DNA of 64,000 nt from a bacterium (GTDB taxonomy: Bacteria > UBA8248): NCBI GenBank assembly GCA_965207065.1, contig OZ242260.1, positions 1,184,001 through 1,248,000 on the forward strand, written 5' to 3'. Position numbers and translations under genes: made by a program. The notes under the pieces are model-generated. The model was not told the DNA's origin. It worked only from the letters and a program-made list of their open reading frames with translations, and ran no database searches. Position 1 is the first letter of the stretch; each line of letters begins with the position of its first letter. Positions 47,671 through 58,713 of this stretch are shown here, piece by piece.

Positions 47671-48027
47671 CTAATGGGCGTGCTGTTCACGGGCGGCGTC
47701 CGGGCCTTCCTGAACGAGGTTCACGTTCCAGAACGGAACCTCTATCTCGATGACTTCGTCCGTATCGGTCTCCAGCGTCGCCTGGCAAGCCAGCCGGCTG
47801 TCGAGGTCCACGTCACGCGCGTCGTCGAGCTGATCTTCCTCATCCTCGGTGGATTCGTTGAACGAATCCGCGCCCGTCCGGATTTTGACGTGGCATGTCG
47901 AGCAGGCGCACACGCCGCCGCAGGCATGATCCAGGTCGAAGCCGTTTTCAAGCGCCACTTCGAGAATGTTCTCGCCCTCATGGATCTCTATCGTCTGTTT
48001 CTCTTCTGTGAAATAAAGTTTCGCCAT
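47671..48027 (-). CDS. fdx: ISC 2Fe-2S ferredoxin
   Basis: HACGGVCACSTCH...SRLACQ. Confidence 0.93.
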   Translation of the reverse strand: MAKLYFTEEKQTIEIHEGENILEVALENGFDLDHACGGVCACSTCHVKIRTGADSFNESTEDEEDQLDDARDVDLDSRLACQATLETDTDEVIEIEVPFWNVNLVQEGPDAAREQHAH

Positions 48028-48065
48028 TTTCTTCCCCTGCGCCCCGCGCGAGTCGCCTGCGGTAT

Positions 48066-49901
48066 CTAGTCGTTGAGGGCTTCGCTCACCCTCTTGTTCT
48101 CCAAGGTAGATTTCAAAACGTTATCCATCATCCGCTCTGCGAGCGGCATCGTGACTTCGTTGAGCGCGTCGACCATATCGCGAATCTGGCCTGCGTCCTC
48201 GCCCCGGCAGGATTCTTCCAGCGCGCTCACGGCTTCCTGGATTTTCGCGCGCTCCTCGGGAGAGACGGCATCGTCACCATAATCGTTCATCGCTCGTGCC
48301 GTGGCCATGAGAATGGTTTCCGCCTCGGTCCTGGCGTCCATAACCTGTCGTGAGCGGATGTCCTGCTCTGCATGTTCGAAAGATTCGATGAGCATGCGCT
48401 CGACCTGCTCGTCCGTCAGCCCGTAGGAGGGCTGCACATCCACCGAGGCCGCCTTGCCGCTCCTCAGGTCCCGGGCCGTGACGTTCAGGATGCCGTTGGC
48501 GTCGAGCAGAAACGTCACCTCCACGCGGGCGAGACCCGCAGGAGCGGGGTCGACCGCCAGGCGGAAGCGCGCGAGCGAGCGGTTGTCCTTCACCAGTTCG
48601 CGTTCTCCCTGGAGGACGTGGATATCCACGCCCGTCTGGTTGTCCTTGAAGGTGGTGTAGGTTTCCCTGGCGCTCGTGGGGATGGTGGTGTTGCGCGGAA
48701 TAATCCACCCCATGACGCCGCCCATCGTCTCGATACCCAAAGAAAGCGGCGTCACGTCGAGAAGGAGCATGTCCTTTCTGCCGCCTGAGAGGATGTCCGC
48801 CTGCACGGCCGCGCCCAGGGCCACCACCTCGTCGGGGTCCAGGTCCGCATGCGGGCGTTTTTCGAACAACTCCTCCACCATGCGTCGGATGAGGGGCATG
48901 CGGGTGGACCCGCCCACCAGAACGACCTCATCCACTTCCCCGGGCGTGAGGCCTGCGTCCGCAAGCGCGCGCTTGCAAGGCGCCAGCGTGCGCTGGGCGA
49001 TGGGCCAGAGGAGCGCTTCCATCTCCTCGCGGGCGAGACTTCCCTTGTGGGCGAGCGGGACGCCGCCGGGGTTTTCGAGGATGTATTCCGTAGAATCACT
49101 GTCTGAGAGCGTCTTCTTTACGTGTTCGGACAAAAGCGCGAGTTCGGCCAGCGCCTCGGGGATTTCGCTCAAATCCACACCATGTTCTTCGAGGATTTCC
49201 TTCTGGACGTGTCGGGATATCGCCTGATCGAAATCATCTCCGCCCAGGCGGGTATCCCCGCCGGTGGAGAGCACTTCGAACACGCCGTCCTTGATCCTTA
49301 ATAGTGAGATGTCGAACGTGCCGCCGCCCAGGTCGTACACCGCAACGACGCCGCGGTTTCGTTCGTGAAGGCCATAGGCGAGAGAAGCCGCCGTGGGTTC
49401 GTTGATGATGCGGAGCACTTCCAGGCCGGCGAGCTTGCCTGCGTCTTTCGTCGCCTGGCGCTGCGCGTCGTTGAAATACGCCGGCACCGTCACCACCGCC
49501 CGAAGGACAGGCCTGCCGAGCATTTTTTCCGCTCGGGATTTCAGGCGTCTCAGCACCAGGGCGCTAATCTCGGGCGCGCTGTAGGATCGTCCCTGCGCCA
49601 GCACGTGAACGACTTCCCGCTCATCGGGGTCCGCACAGAAGGGCAGGTGGCGCATATCATCTTTTACGTCCTCATAGCCCCTGCCCATGAATCGCTTGAT
49701 GGAAAAAATGGTGTTCCGGCTGTTGGATACGCGCTCATCCTGCGCCTCATCGCCTGTGAGAACGCTGTCGGAGCGAAAGCTCACCACGGAAGGCAGGATG
49801 CCGCGCTCCCCCTCAGGCGCGAGTATCGCCGGTTCCCCTCCCGATACGGAAGCGACCAGGCTGTTCGTCGTGCCCAGGTCGATTCCGACGATCTCGCTCA
49901 T
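48066..49901 (-). CDS. hscA: Fe-S chaperone HscA (Hsp70)
   Basis: [27 protein letters not shown]; isc operon context. Confidence 0.93.
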   Translation of the reverse strand: MSEIVGIDLGTTNSLVASVSGGEPAILAPEGERGILPSVVSFRSDSVLTGDEAQDERVSNSRNTIFSIKRFMGRGYEDVKDDMRHLPFCADPDEREVVHVLAQGRSYSAPEISALVLRRLKSRAEKMLGRPVLRAVVTVPAYFNDAQRQATKDAGKLAGLEVLRIINEPTAASLAYGLHERNRGVVAVYDLGGGTFDISLLRIKDGVFEVLSTGGDTRLGGDDFDQAISRHVQKEILEEHGVDLSEIPEALAELALLSEHVKKTLSDSDSTEYILENPGGVPLAHKGSLAREEMEALLWPIAQRTLAPCKRALADAGLTPGEVDEVVLVGGSTRMPLIRRMVEELFEKRPHADLDPDEVVALGAAVQADILSGGRKDMLLLDVTPLSLGIETMGGVMGWIIPRNTTIPTSARETYTTFKDNQTGVDIHVLQGERELVKDNRSLARFRLAVDPAPAGLARVEVTFLLDANGILNVTARDLRSGKAASVDVQPSYGLTDEQVERMLIESFEHAEQDIRSRQVMDARTEAETILMATARAMNDYGDDAVSPEERAKIQEAVSALEESCRGEDAGQIRDMVDALNEVTMPLAERMMDNVLKSTLENKRVSEALND

Positions 49902-50539
49902 TCACTCTCCTCCAGGGCGCGCTTGAGGCTCGTGAGGGTGTTCTCGATGTAGTTTCTCTGTCCGAGGATGGAGCGCATCTTCCTGACGACTTCAGGCGGC
50001 GCGGATTCGTTTTTTTCCATCGCTTCGTCCCATGCGGCGCCCAGCTTATCGAGCGCCGTGTGCTGTCCATCCCTGAGCGCTGAAAAACAACCCATGGCCG
50101 CGTTCAAGCGCTCGCGCAAATTCTCGGCTTCTTCCTCGTCCACGCAGCACTGAAACTCCTCTGCCGCTTCCTGGGCCTCGAATATCTCCTCGAATAACTC
50201 GGGCGGTGGCGTCCGCTCGTTCTCCTCGAGCTTTCCGCTTTCGAGTTGCACGAGGTAGATAATCCGGGCAATCGGATCCTTGAGGGTCTGGTACGCCTCA
50301 TTGATGCGGGCTGTTGCATCAAGGCTCCTGATCCGCACCGCGACGGGCGCATCCATGAAAAAATCGGGGTGAAGCTTCCGGTTCAGTTCGTAGAATTTGG
50401 TTTCGAGCGCTTCCGTGTCGAGATCGCACTTTCTCCCAACGCCCAGTAAGACGAAATGATCGACCTCGGCGGGAATGGCTTCTATTTCGCCATCTTCATT
50501 GAAAACGGAAAAAGGCTTTTCTTTCGTCGCTTCGCTCAT
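49898..50539 (-). CDS. hscB: Co-chaperone HscB
   Basis: J-domain LHPD, INEAYQTLKDP..R..Y; isc operon context. Confidence 0.9.
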   Translation of the reverse strand: MSEATKEKPFSVFNEDGEIEAIPAEVDHFVLLGVGRKCDLDTEALETKFYELNRKLHPDFFMDAPVAVRIRSLDATARINEAYQTLKDPIARIIYLVQLESGKLEENERTPPPELFEEIFEAQEAAEEFQCCVDEEEAENLRERLNAAMGCFSALRDGQHTALDKLGAAWDEAMEKNESAPPEVVRKMRSILGQRNYIENTLTSLKRALEESE

Positions 50540-50644
50540 CTCGCGATTCCAGGCCCGCATGAACCGCCGGGCGCATTGAACTCAAAAGAAAAACGCGTCG
50601 CTATCCCATATGGCATGGGCGCGGCGCGTTTCATCCCGGTTGCG

Positions 50645-51001
50645 TTACGCGGAAAAACTTTCCCCGCAACCACAGGACTGGCGTGCGTTGGGATTTTTGA
50701 ACACAAACCCCTTGCCCATCAGCCCGTCTTCAAATTCCAGCGTGGTGCCCGCCAGGAAAAAGAGACTCTTCTTGTCCACAACCACACGGACACCGTCTTT
50801 TTCGAACACCTCATCCATCAGCGGGTTGATCCGTTCTTCGCCCTCGAACTGCAGGACGTAGGAAAGCCCGGAACAGCCTCCTCCCTTCACGCCGACGCGG
50901 AGGACGTGGCTCTGCGCCCCTTCTTTCTCCCTGAAGCGGTTCACGTGCTCCACCGCCTTGTCGGTGATTTCGATGCTCAGTCTTTTCGCAGCGGTCTCCA
51001 T
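50645..51001 (-). CDS. iscA: A-type Fe-S carrier IscA
   Basis: GGGCSG, NPNA..SCGCGESF. Confidence 0.95.
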   Translation of the reverse strand: METAAKRLSIEITDKAVEHVNRFREKEGAQSHVLRVGVKGGGCSGLSYVLQFEGEERINPLMDEVFEKDGVRVVVDKKSLFFLAGTTLEFEDGLMGKGFVFKNPNARQSCGCGESFSA

Positions 51002-51032
51002 ACCCTACCCCTTGCAGGTGAATCGCCCGCTT

Positions 51033-51443
51033 CTAGTGATGACCCTTGCGCTCGACGACCGGCATGCCGTTTTTCTCGCGAAAATCGTTCAGGGCGGTCT
51101 TGATGGCGTCTTCCGCCAGCACCGAACAGTGAATCTTCACCGGCGGGAGGTTCAACTCCTCGACGATCTGCGTGTTCTTGATCTCCTCGGCCTCGTCCAC
51201 CGTCTTGCCCTTGAGCCACTCGGTGGCCAGGGAACTCGAGGCGATGGCGCTTCCGCAGCCGAAGGTCTTGAACTTCGCATCCTCGATGAGGCCGCCATCG
51301 TCCACCTTGATTTGGAGCTTCATCACGTCGCCGCATTCGGGCGCGCCGACGATGCCCGTGCCCACCGTCTGGTCGGCCTTGTCGAGCGAGCCGACGTTGC
51401 GCGGGTTGTTGTAGTGATCGACCACCTTGTCGCTGTAAGCCAT
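51033..51443 (-). CDS. iscU: Fe-S scaffold IscU
   Basis: GAPECGD, FGCGSAIASSS, LPPVKIHCS. Confidence 0.97.
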   Translation of the reverse strand: MAYSDKVVDHYNNPRNVGSLDKADQTVGTGIVGAPECGDVMKLQIKVDDGGLIEDAKFKTFGCGSAIASSSLATEWLKGKTVDEAEEIKNTQIVEELNLPPVKIHCSVLAEDAIKTALNDFREKNGMPVVERKGHH

Positions 51444-51527
51444 TTTCCCGTTCTCCTCTTTCCAATTGCTGCGATTCCAGGTTTCCGTGAGCCGCAGGCT
51501 CTATATCAAAATAAGCTTAACGCTCCT

Positions 51528-52748
51528 TTAATGCGACTGCCATTCCACCTTGGAGAGGTCCACCCCCTCTTTCACCATCTCATAAAGCGGGCTCATCTCG
51601 CGAAGTCTGTTCACGATGTCCGTCGTCTTCTCGGCCACGTAGTCTATCTCCTCCTCGGTGGAGAAGCGCCCGAAGCCGTAGCGAATCGACGAATGCGCCA
51701 GCTCATCGCCCCGGCCCATGGCCTTGAGCACGTAGCTCGGTTCGAGACTCGCCGAGGTGCAGGCCGAGCCTGAGGACACGGCCACGTCGCTCAGTCCCAT
51801 GATGAGCGATTCGCCTTCCACGTAGGGGAAGCTCAGGTTCAGGTTGCCCGAGAGGCGATTGGTCTCATGGCCGTTCACGTACACTTCATCCAAGCTCTCG
51901 AACATGGTGGCCTTGAACTTGTCGCGCAGGTTCGTCAGGCGGATGTTCTCCTCCTCCATCTCCTCCATGCACAACTCGGCCGCCTTGCCGAAGCCGACGA
52001 TGCCCGAGACGTTCAGCGTGCCAGAGCGCATTCCACGCTCGTGGCCGCCGCCGTCGATGATGGCGGAAAGGCGAACGCGCGGTCTGCGCCTGCGCACGTA
52101 AATCAATCCCACGCCCTTGGGTCCGTAGACCTTGTGGGCGGAAGCCGAGAGGAGGTCGATGTTCATCTCGTCCACGTCGATGGGAATCTTGCCGTAGCCC
52201 TGCGTGGCGTCGGTGTGAAAGAGGATGCCGCGGCCCCGGCACAGCGCGCCGATCTCGGCGATGGGGTTCAGCACGCCGACCTCGTTGTTCGCCGCCATGA
52301 TGGAGACGAGGATGGTGTCGTCGCGCATGGCGTCCTCGACCATCTCGGCCGTCGTGATGGCGTCCTCGGGAGGCTCGATGTAGGTGACGTCGAAACCCCA
52401 GGTCTCCAGGCGCTTGGCGGAGTCGATGATGGCTTTGTGCTCGATCGCCGAGGTGATGATGTGGTTGCCCTTTTTCTTGTACATCTCGGCGACGCCCTTG
52501 AGCGCCATGTTGTCGGACTCCGTGGCCCCGCTGGTGAAGATGATCTCGCGCGGGTCTGCGCCTATGACGGCGGCGAGCTTCTCCCGGGCGTCGTCCACAG
52601 CTTTTTCCGCCTCCCAGCCGAAGCTGTGGTTGCGGCTCGCGGCGTTGCCGAATTTCTCGTCGAAGTAGGGATTCATCTCTTCATGAACCCGCGGGTCCAT
52701 GGGAGTCGTCGCCTGGTAATCCATGTAAATGGGGAACTTCAAGCTCAT
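51528..52748 (-). CDS. iscS: Cysteine desulfurase IscS
   Basis: [27 protein letters not shown]. Confidence 0.97.
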   Translation of the reverse strand: MSLKFPIYMDYQATTPMDPRVHEEMNPYFDEKFGNAASRNHSFGWEAEKAVDDAREKLAAVIGADPREIIFTSGATESDNMALKGVAEMYKKKGNHIITSAIEHKAIIDSAKRLETWGFDVTYIEPPEDAITTAEMVEDAMRDDTILVSIMAANNEVGVLNPIAEIGALCRGRGILFHTDATQGYGKIPIDVDEMNIDLLSASAHKVYGPKGVGLIYVRRRRPRVRLSAIIDGGGHERGMRSGTLNVSGIVGFGKAAELCMEEMEEENIRLTNLRDKFKATMFESLDEVYVNGHETNRLSGNLNLSFPYVEGESLIMGLSDVAVSSGSACTSASLEPSYVLKAMGRGDELAHSSIRYGFGRFSTEEEIDYVAEKTTDIVNRLREMSPLYEMVKEGVDLSKVEWQSH

Positions 52749-53170
52749 CTGATCTCTCCTGCCGGCGTACCGACCATGTCCTGAAGGGTCATTCCCTCAA
52801 GCACGTCGGTCACCTTTTTCTGGATCTTTTCCATGGGATAAAAAATCGTGCATTTCTCGTATTGTTCACAGCCCGTGGCGTCGCCAATCTGGCACGTCGC
52901 CATGGCGATGGGACCCTCGATGGCTCGAATGACCTCCGCCACCGAAATCGTCTCCGGTCTACGCGAGAGAACGTAGCCGCCCTTGGGCCCGTTTCTCGAC
53001 TCCACGAGTCCGTTCCTGGCCAGAAGCTGCATCGTCTTCGCCAGCAGTTCAGCAGGTATGTGGAACCTGCAAGCGATGGCTCGCGAGGTGATGGCCGCAT
53101 CCTCTTCCTGCTCCGCAAGGTAGGAGAGAGCCATCAAACCGTAATCCGTACGCTTGGCAATCGTGAACAT
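52745..53170 (-). CDS. iscR: Rrf2 family regulator, IscR-like
   Basis: GLVES.NG..GGY.L, three Cys (C-x7-C-x5-C); first gene of the isc operon. Confidence 0.8.
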   Translation of the reverse strand: MFTIAKRTDYGLMALSYLAEQEEDAAITSRAIACRFHIPAELLAKTMQLLARNGLVESRNGPKGGYVLSRRPETISVAEVIRAIEGPIAMATCQIGDATGCEQYEKCTIFYPMEKIQKKVTDVLEGMTLQDMVGTPAGEIR

Positions 53171-53253
53171 CCCACTTACCGCCTTGAATTATACCGGGTT
53201 ATCGGTCAAATCCGACCATTTGGAAGCTGACGGCTTTTGTCGTCCTCTAAATA

Positions 53254-53315
53254 CGACCAAATTAGTCGCCGACCCATCCAGTCGCATATATACGCTTCAA
53301 TCGAACTAATGTCAA
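53254..53315 (-). promoter_or_regulatory. isc promoter with two tandem CGAC-N7-GTCG palindromes (IscR-type operators)
   Basis: CGACCAAATTAGTCG 53254-68 and CGACCCATCCAGTCG 53270-84; TTGACA at 53315-53310, 17 nt, then TATATA. Confidence 0.6.
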
Positions 53316-53386
53316 GGGTTTGTGGCTATAGAATCAACACTTAAGAAGGAATGGGGACGGTAAATCAACGCCGAATACGTTCCCCT

Positions 53387-54556
53387 CTACCTCTTCTTCA
53401 CCAACTCCCACTTCCCCTTTCGCACCTGCACCAGGACGAGGGAATCGGCGCCCAGGCCGTTGTGGTCGTTTTTGGAGAAGCCATAAGTTCCGTTCAGTCC
53501 CGTGAAATACCGCGCTCCCTCCACGCCTGCGGGGATTCTCGCCCGGTTCGCGCCCACGCCCCGGGCGGACCACGCCAATATGCGCAGCGCGTCGACGGCG
53601 GCGGCGGCCGTCTCACCCGGCTCGCTTTTGTAGGTCTTCAGATACTCGTTCCGAAACGCCGTGAGGTCCCTCTTGACGGGGTGCGATTCGGGCAGAAGAT
53701 GGGCCGCCGTTAACCACGAGGCGGGGAACACCACGCCCTCGGCCGCTTTGTCCCCGCTTTTGGAGCCGAACATCCCTGGAGACGCATGCGAGAGATAGAG
53801 CGGCATATCGAGGTCGAGCGCCGCGCGGGCGCGCACCAAATCCACGCGCGACCCCCCGCGCGCCCAGTGCACGAAGCCCCCGACGCCGCGCCGGGAGGCG
53901 CGCTTCAGAAAGGGCAGGAAATTATGCTCGCCCGGCTTGAAGGATTCGTTCAGGAGGATGGACACCCCGAAATCAGGCGCGAGCGCGGTGATCTGCTCTC
54001 GCCCCTCCGTGCCGTAGCCCAGGGAGGAACCCAGCATCGCCGCGCGCTTGATTCCCCTGTCCTTCATGTGCCCAAGCATCAGGCGAACAGGCAGCGACGA
54101 GGGCCTTGCGGTGGAGAAAACCCACTGGCGAGCCGGAACGAGAATTTCCTCGGGCGCGGACAGGGTGAAAAGCGGCACCCGTTCTTCGTGCGCCGCTTTT
54201 GCGGCGGCGATGGAGGCGTAATGATCGACGGGCCCTATCACGGCGACGGATTTGTGCTTTCGAGCGAGTTCGCGAACTGCGGCGGCAGTCCCCTCGGAAC
54301 TTCCCTTGGTGTCGAGAGTGAGGAGAAAAATGCGCCCGCCGGCGACGCCCCTGCGGTTGATTCGCGCCATTTCGAGCAACATCGCGCTCCTGGCTTCGCG
54401 CCCCTCTATCGCGCCCGGGCCTGAGAGATCAAGCGCCAAGCCGACGACGATTCTCTCGGCCGCGACCGTATCCACGGCCCATGCGCAGACGCAAAAAAAA
54501 GCCGCCAGGGCCGTCATGCACCTGATGCGCCATCCGTTTTTGTTCGCCACGCTCAT
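53387..54556 (-). CDS. Branched-chain amino acid ABC-type substrate-binding protein (LivJ-like)
   Basis: LSGPGA..G, IN..GV.G, FTGLNGTYGFSKNDHNGL. Confidence 0.85.
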   Translation of the reverse strand: MSVANKNGWRIRCMTALAAFFCVCAWAVDTVAAERIVVGLALDLSGPGAIEGREARSAMLLEMARINRRGVAGGRIFLLTLDTKGSSEGTAAAVRELARKHKSVAVIGPVDHYASIAAAKAAHEERVPLFTLSAPEEILVPARQWVFSTARPSSLPVRLMLGHMKDRGIKRAAMLGSSLGYGTEGREQITALAPDFGVSILLNESFKPGEHNFLPFLKRASRRGVGGFVHWARGGSRVDLVRARAALDLDMPLYLSHASPGMFGSKSGDKAAEGVVFPASWLTAAHLLPESHPVKRDLTAFRNEYLKTYKSEPGETAAAAVDALRILAWSARGVGANRARIPAGVEGARYFTGLNGTYGFSKNDHNGLGADSLVLVQVRKGKWELVKKR

Positions 54557-54631
54557 GTTCTATCATTACCCCGAAACTTCGAGCGCCGTCATTGGAAACC
54601 CTAACACGCTTGATAACGGCTGGCCCGACGC

Positions 54632-55783
54632 ATGTCAAACAAAACGAAAAACAACCCGGATAGCCTGCGGCTCACTCCCCCCGAGCGCAGAAGGTTCCGA
54701 AGGCGCATCCTGAGCTGGTACGAGCGGGAGAAAAGAGAACTCCCCTGGCGCGGGGAGAAAGACCCCTACCGGATATGGGTGTCGGAGGCCATGCTCCAGC
54801 AGACCCGAGCGGGGACCGTTCGGCTACGCTACCCCGCATTCATCGAGCGGTTTCCGACCCTGGCCGCCCTGGCCGACGCGCCCCTGGACGCCGTCCTGGC
54901 CGAATGGCAGGGCCTCGGCTATTACGGCCGCGCGAGAAACTTACACCGCGCCGCACAGGAGGTGATGAAATTTGGCGGGAGTGCGATACCTAAGACGCGC
55001 GATGCATTGCTGGCCTTGCCGGGGGTCGGCCCCTACATGGCGGGGGCGGTCGCCAGCATCGCCTTCGGAGTGCGCTGCGCGGCCATTGACGGGAACGTCC
55101 TAAGAGTAATGAGCCGGATTCTCAACCTCTCGCTCCCCGTCGACACTCCACCCGCCCAAAAAACCATCCACGAAGAAACACAAGCGCTGGTTCCTCGCGC
55201 AAGGCCCGGCGACTTCAACCAGGCGCTGATGGACTTAGGCGCTAGTATCTGCCTGCCCAGAAACCCCGATTGCGCGCAATGCCCCGTCCGGGTTCTGTGC
55301 GCGGGGCACCTGGCCGGGACCCAGAACGCCCTGCCGGTGAAAACCGCCAAAAAGCCGCCCGAGCCCTATACCCTCTTTCAGTTCCGGGCGGAACGAAATG
55401 GACTGGTTCTTCTCACCCAAAGGGAGAAAACCGGCCTCTTCGGCGGCATGTGGGAGCTGCCCGGTTTTATGGTAGAGGGCCACAAAGAGAAGGCCGCCCC
55501 CCGCTGGTTGAGAGAACAGTGCGCGCTGCTCCTCGGTCCAGGCTGGCGGCCGGGACGCGAACTCGCCAGAATCACCAGAACGCTTACCCACAGGAAAATT
55601 CTGTTCGTCGTGCATCTGGCGGAAAATTTCGAGAAGACCTCGCCGCAAGCAGACCGCAACGGATTGCTGTGGGCGTCTGAGGAAGATTTCCGCACACTGG
55701 CCGTCTCCACCGCCCAGCGGGCTGCGTGGAGTGCTGCCAAAAGCGCGCTTCATAACCTGGAAGGAAAAAAGAACGATCGCTGA
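54632..55783 (+). CDS. mutY: A/G-specific adenine glycosylase
   Basis: WVSEAMLQQT, WQGLGYY.RARNL, LPGVGPY, C.P..P.C..CP....C. Confidence 0.95.
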   Translation: MSNKTKNNPDSLRLTPPERRRFRRRILSWYEREKRELPWRGEKDPYRIWVSEAMLQQTRAGTVRLRYPAFIERFPTLAALADAPLDAVLAEWQGLGYYGRARNLHRAAQEVMKFGGSAIPKTRDALLALPGVGPYMAGAVASIAFGVRCAAIDGNVLRVMSRILNLSLPVDTPPAQKTIHEETQALVPRARPGDFNQALMDLGASICLPRNPDCAQCPVRVLCAGHLAGTQNALPVKTAKKPPEPYTLFQFRAERNGLVLLTQREKTGLFGGMWELPGFMVEGHKEKAAPRWLREQCALLLGPGWRPGRELARITRTLTHRKILFVVHLAENFEKTSPQADRNGLLWASEEDFRTLAVSTAQRAAWSAAKSALHNLEGKKNDR

Positions 55784-55826
55784 GGCACGGGGGCGCGCGC
55801 CGCCCCATGGATCTGTCCCTTGAAAC

Positions 55827-56729
55827 CTACCTGCCGAAGTGATCTGCCAGATAATTCTCGAGCGTTCTGGGCGTGAGGCCGAATGCTTCTTTCATGGGCG
55901 CCGGGTCGCACACGTTATCCTCGCCCAGCATCGTTATCTGATCTTCGGTGAAGGGGGGCTTCATCGGGAGCAGGTTGAACAGCTTGGCCTGTAAGCGCGC
56001 GACGGGCGTGGGCAGGGGCACGAGCAGCCTCTTTTTGCCCATCGCCTTGACCAGCATGGAGAGGATATCCCTTATCGGATACGCGGTGTCTCCACCCATA
56101 TCGTAGGTTTGTCCGATGGTCTCCGGCATGTTCAGGGACTGCGCGAAACAACGGCACACATCCTCCACCCAGATGGGCTGGAGCTTACCCCTTCCTCCGC
56201 CGATGAGGGGAAGGGCGGGCGCCATACGCGCGATGCCGGCGAAGGTGTTCAGGAATTCGTCGTTCTCACCGAATATGATGGAGGGCCTGAATATCGTCCA
56301 GTCCAGATCGCTTTCGCGCACGAACTGCTCGGCGGCGAATTTGGATTTATGGTAGCGGGCGACGGCGTTCTCCCGCGTGCCCAGAGCGCTCATGTGCACG
56401 AAACGCTTCACCCCCGCCTGTTCGGCGGCGGCCACCATTCGGCGCGTTCCCTCGGGATGAACCATCTCGAAACCGGGCGTTCCCTTCTCGATGATGATGC
56501 CCACGAGGTGCACCACGGCGTCTTGTTTCTTCATCAACTCGGCGAGTTGATCGACCGAATACTCCGTGATGTCGCCGCGCACGGGAAAGGCCCCGCTCAT
56601 CGTGGCGAGGCGCTGCCTCGCCGGTTCGGGGTCGCGCGAGAGCACCCTCGTCTCATGGCCCGCCAGCGACAGAAGCGAGAGAAGCGTGCCGCCGACATAT
56701 CCTGTTCCGCCCGTCAGAAAAACCTTCAT
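55827..56729 (-). CDS. NDUFA9-like NAD(P)-binding atypical SDR
   Basis: TGGTGYVG, VHLVGII.E, MSALG, YHKSK, QPIWVEDV. Confidence 0.88.
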   Translation of the reverse strand: MKVFLTGGTGYVGGTLLSLLSLAGHETRVLSRDPEPARQRLATMSGAFPVRGDITEYSVDQLAELMKKQDAVVHLVGIIIEKGTPGFEMVHPEGTRRMVAAAEQAGVKRFVHMSALGTRENAVARYHKSKFAAEQFVRESDLDWTIFRPSIIFGENDEFLNTFAGIARMAPALPLIGGGRGKLQPIWVEDVCRCFAQSLNMPETIGQTYDMGGDTAYPIRDILSMLVKAMGKKRLLVPLPTPVARLQAKLFNLLPMKPPFTEDQITMLGEDNVCDPAPMKEAFGLTPRTLENYLADHFGR

Positions 56730-58009
56730 GATTCACTTCCTCCCCGTTCATCTCCGATGCGCGTGACGGCGCCCACCGGAGGTTCGTTCTTCGTCAACTC
56801 ACGCAATACCTCGCTCGCATAGGACCCCGGCGGCAACATGAAGCCGAGGCGCAAACCCTCCTTGACCGGCCTCAGGCTCACCTCTTTCATTTGTATACGA
56901 TACGGACGCCTGGAGCCATGAAGCTTCAGCCTCTCCAGCCCGTCGAGAATCCCCGGATCCCCGACGCCGAAGGAGTCTAGCACGCTTCGTTCGAGTTTTC
57001 CCGCCTCCCCGCGGGCTTCGATGAGTTTACGGCCAATCAGGGGTCCCGCCGGGCTCACGTTAAATCGCTCAAGCGCGAGCGCCTCCGCCTCGGGCGCACC
57101 CACCCTCCTGGTCTTGCCCGTTTCGTGGTGAAAAATCACGTCGCCTGCCCATATGCGATCGTGCGCGCGCGCTTCGAGTCTTCTTGCGAGACACAGGTTG
57201 AACACGCAAGCCTGAAACGCGCCGCCATACAAGACCCGCTCCCTCAACGGAATCGAGGCCGCCGCCTGCCTGGGAGAAGCGCCTTGCTCCAAACGTGAGA
57301 GCGCTCGTCTTTCCGCCTCCCATGAGGGGGGATAGAGTTTCCTCGCCTCCTTGAAATCTTCCGCTTCATACTTGCGGGCGGCTTCCAAGAGGCGGGCGTC
57401 GACATCATCCGGCGCGAGGGAAAATCGCGCGTGACCCAGGAGCGCATCGAGAACGCCCCGCCAGTCTCCCCTCACGAGCGCAAACCCGACTTGCGCCGTA
57501 TGGCCGTGAACCCCGAATCTCTGATCACCGAACGCATTGGGCAATCCCCTCGCGGTGAGGCAATCCAGAATCTCTCGCGCTTTTTTCTCGGAATCGGGCG
57601 CGACGTCTCGAAGCAATATATCGAAGCGATTTCCCGCGAGCGCACCCCGCCTTATACGGGTTCGAGACCTGGCCAACTCCAGAATCCGGATTCCCTCTTG
57701 CTCCAGCCTCGAGACGGTGTCGGGAACCTTCTGTGTTTTCGTCCTGAAGGAAAACCACTGCCGCGTCACCGCATTGGCGTCTTTCATGCCCGCATAGCCC
57801 GCCTCCGCCTCGGGGGCGTCCAGTGTTCGGCACAAGGCGCGCATCGCCTCGATGGTGGAGACGCCCCGTTTCTCCACCCACAAGTGAAGATGTTCCCCAT
57901 CGCCGCTCGGAGGCGCGGACGGAATCTCTTCCACCCGGAAATCTTCCGGCCACGCGCGCGCGCGCCCGCCGATGCCGGGCACGGAATCGGTGAGATAAAC
58001 TCCCGCCAT
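56726..58009 (-). CDS. truD: tRNA pseudouridine(13) synthase
   Basis: PEDFRVEE, YAGMKDANAVTRQ, GNRF.I, PNAFG.QRFG, LPPGSYA. Confidence 0.93.
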   Translation of the reverse strand: MAGVYLTDSVPGIGGRARAWPEDFRVEEIPSAPPSGDGEHLHLWVEKRGVSTIEAMRALCRTLDAPEAEAGYAGMKDANAVTRQWFSFRTKTQKVPDTVSRLEQEGIRILELARSRTRIRRGALAGNRFDILLRDVAPDSEKKAREILDCLTARGLPNAFGDQRFGVHGHTAQVGFALVRGDWRGVLDALLGHARFSLAPDDVDARLLEAARKYEAEDFKEARKLYPPSWEAERRALSRLEQGASPRQAAASIPLRERVLYGGAFQACVFNLCLARRLEARAHDRIWAGDVIFHHETGKTRRVGAPEAEALALERFNVSPAGPLIGRKLIEARGEAGKLERSVLDSFGVGDPGILDGLERLKLHGSRRPYRIQMKEVSLRPVKEGLRLGFMLPPGSYASEVLRELTKNEPPVGAVTRIGDERGGSES

Positions 58010-58170
58010 TTTTCTCTCCCCCGATATCAGGTGAAACGCTATTCCATCGCCTTCTTGCTAAAATCCGCCGGTTCGGTTCACTCGGTACGCCCCTTGGGGC
58101 TATACTCACCATTCCTGCCGAGCGGATTCCACCGGCGTCATTTACGGTTCACTTTCCATGAGGAACGAAC

Positions 58171-58689
58171 ATGTCCGGCATTTTCGACAAGACCTCTCTT
58201 TTTCTCGCGAGCATCGCGCTGCTCCTTGCGTTTCTGGCGTATCAGAAATCCGGCGAACTTCCCTGGGCTCCTGCGGGCCGCGCGGGAAGCCTCATCGTGA
58301 CCATTCTTCCCAAGCTCGTGATCGGCATGTTCATCGGCGCGCTTGTGGCCGAGGTGCTCCCCAAGGAAATCCTGCAGAACTGGCTCTCCGATCGCTCCGG
58401 CTGGCGCGGCATCTTCATCGGCTGGCTGGCGGGGTTCATGTTCCCCATGGGCGCGCCTTTCGTCCTCTACCCGCTCGTGGCCGGGCTGATGCAGGGAGGC
58501 GCGGGCTTCGGGCCGATGATAACAATGCTCACCTCGGCCGCCCTGATCGGTCCGGTGCGCGCGTTCGCGTATGAAATTCCCATTCTCGGAACGGAGTTCT
58601 TCACCTTCCGCGTCATCTCTGTATTCTGGATCCCGCCATTGGCGGGCATCGTCGCGCAAACACTCTGGCGCGCCCTGAAAAGCGGCTGA
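58171..58689 (+). CDS. Predicted permease (DUF318-like)
   Basis: Multi-TM protein; E.L..WL...SGWRGI, GAPFV.YP, EIPILG. Confidence 0.75.
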   Translation: MSGIFDKTSLFLASIALLLAFLAYQKSGELPWAPAGRAGSLIVTILPKLVIGMFIGALVAEVLPKEILQNWLSDRSGWRGIFIGWLAGFMFPMGAPFVLYPLVAGLMQGGAGFGPMITMLTSAALIGPVRAFAYEIPILGTEFFTFRVISVFWIPPLAGIVAQTLWRALKSG

Positions 58690-58713
58690 GCTGCGCAGGA
58701 TCTGATTTGAAGG

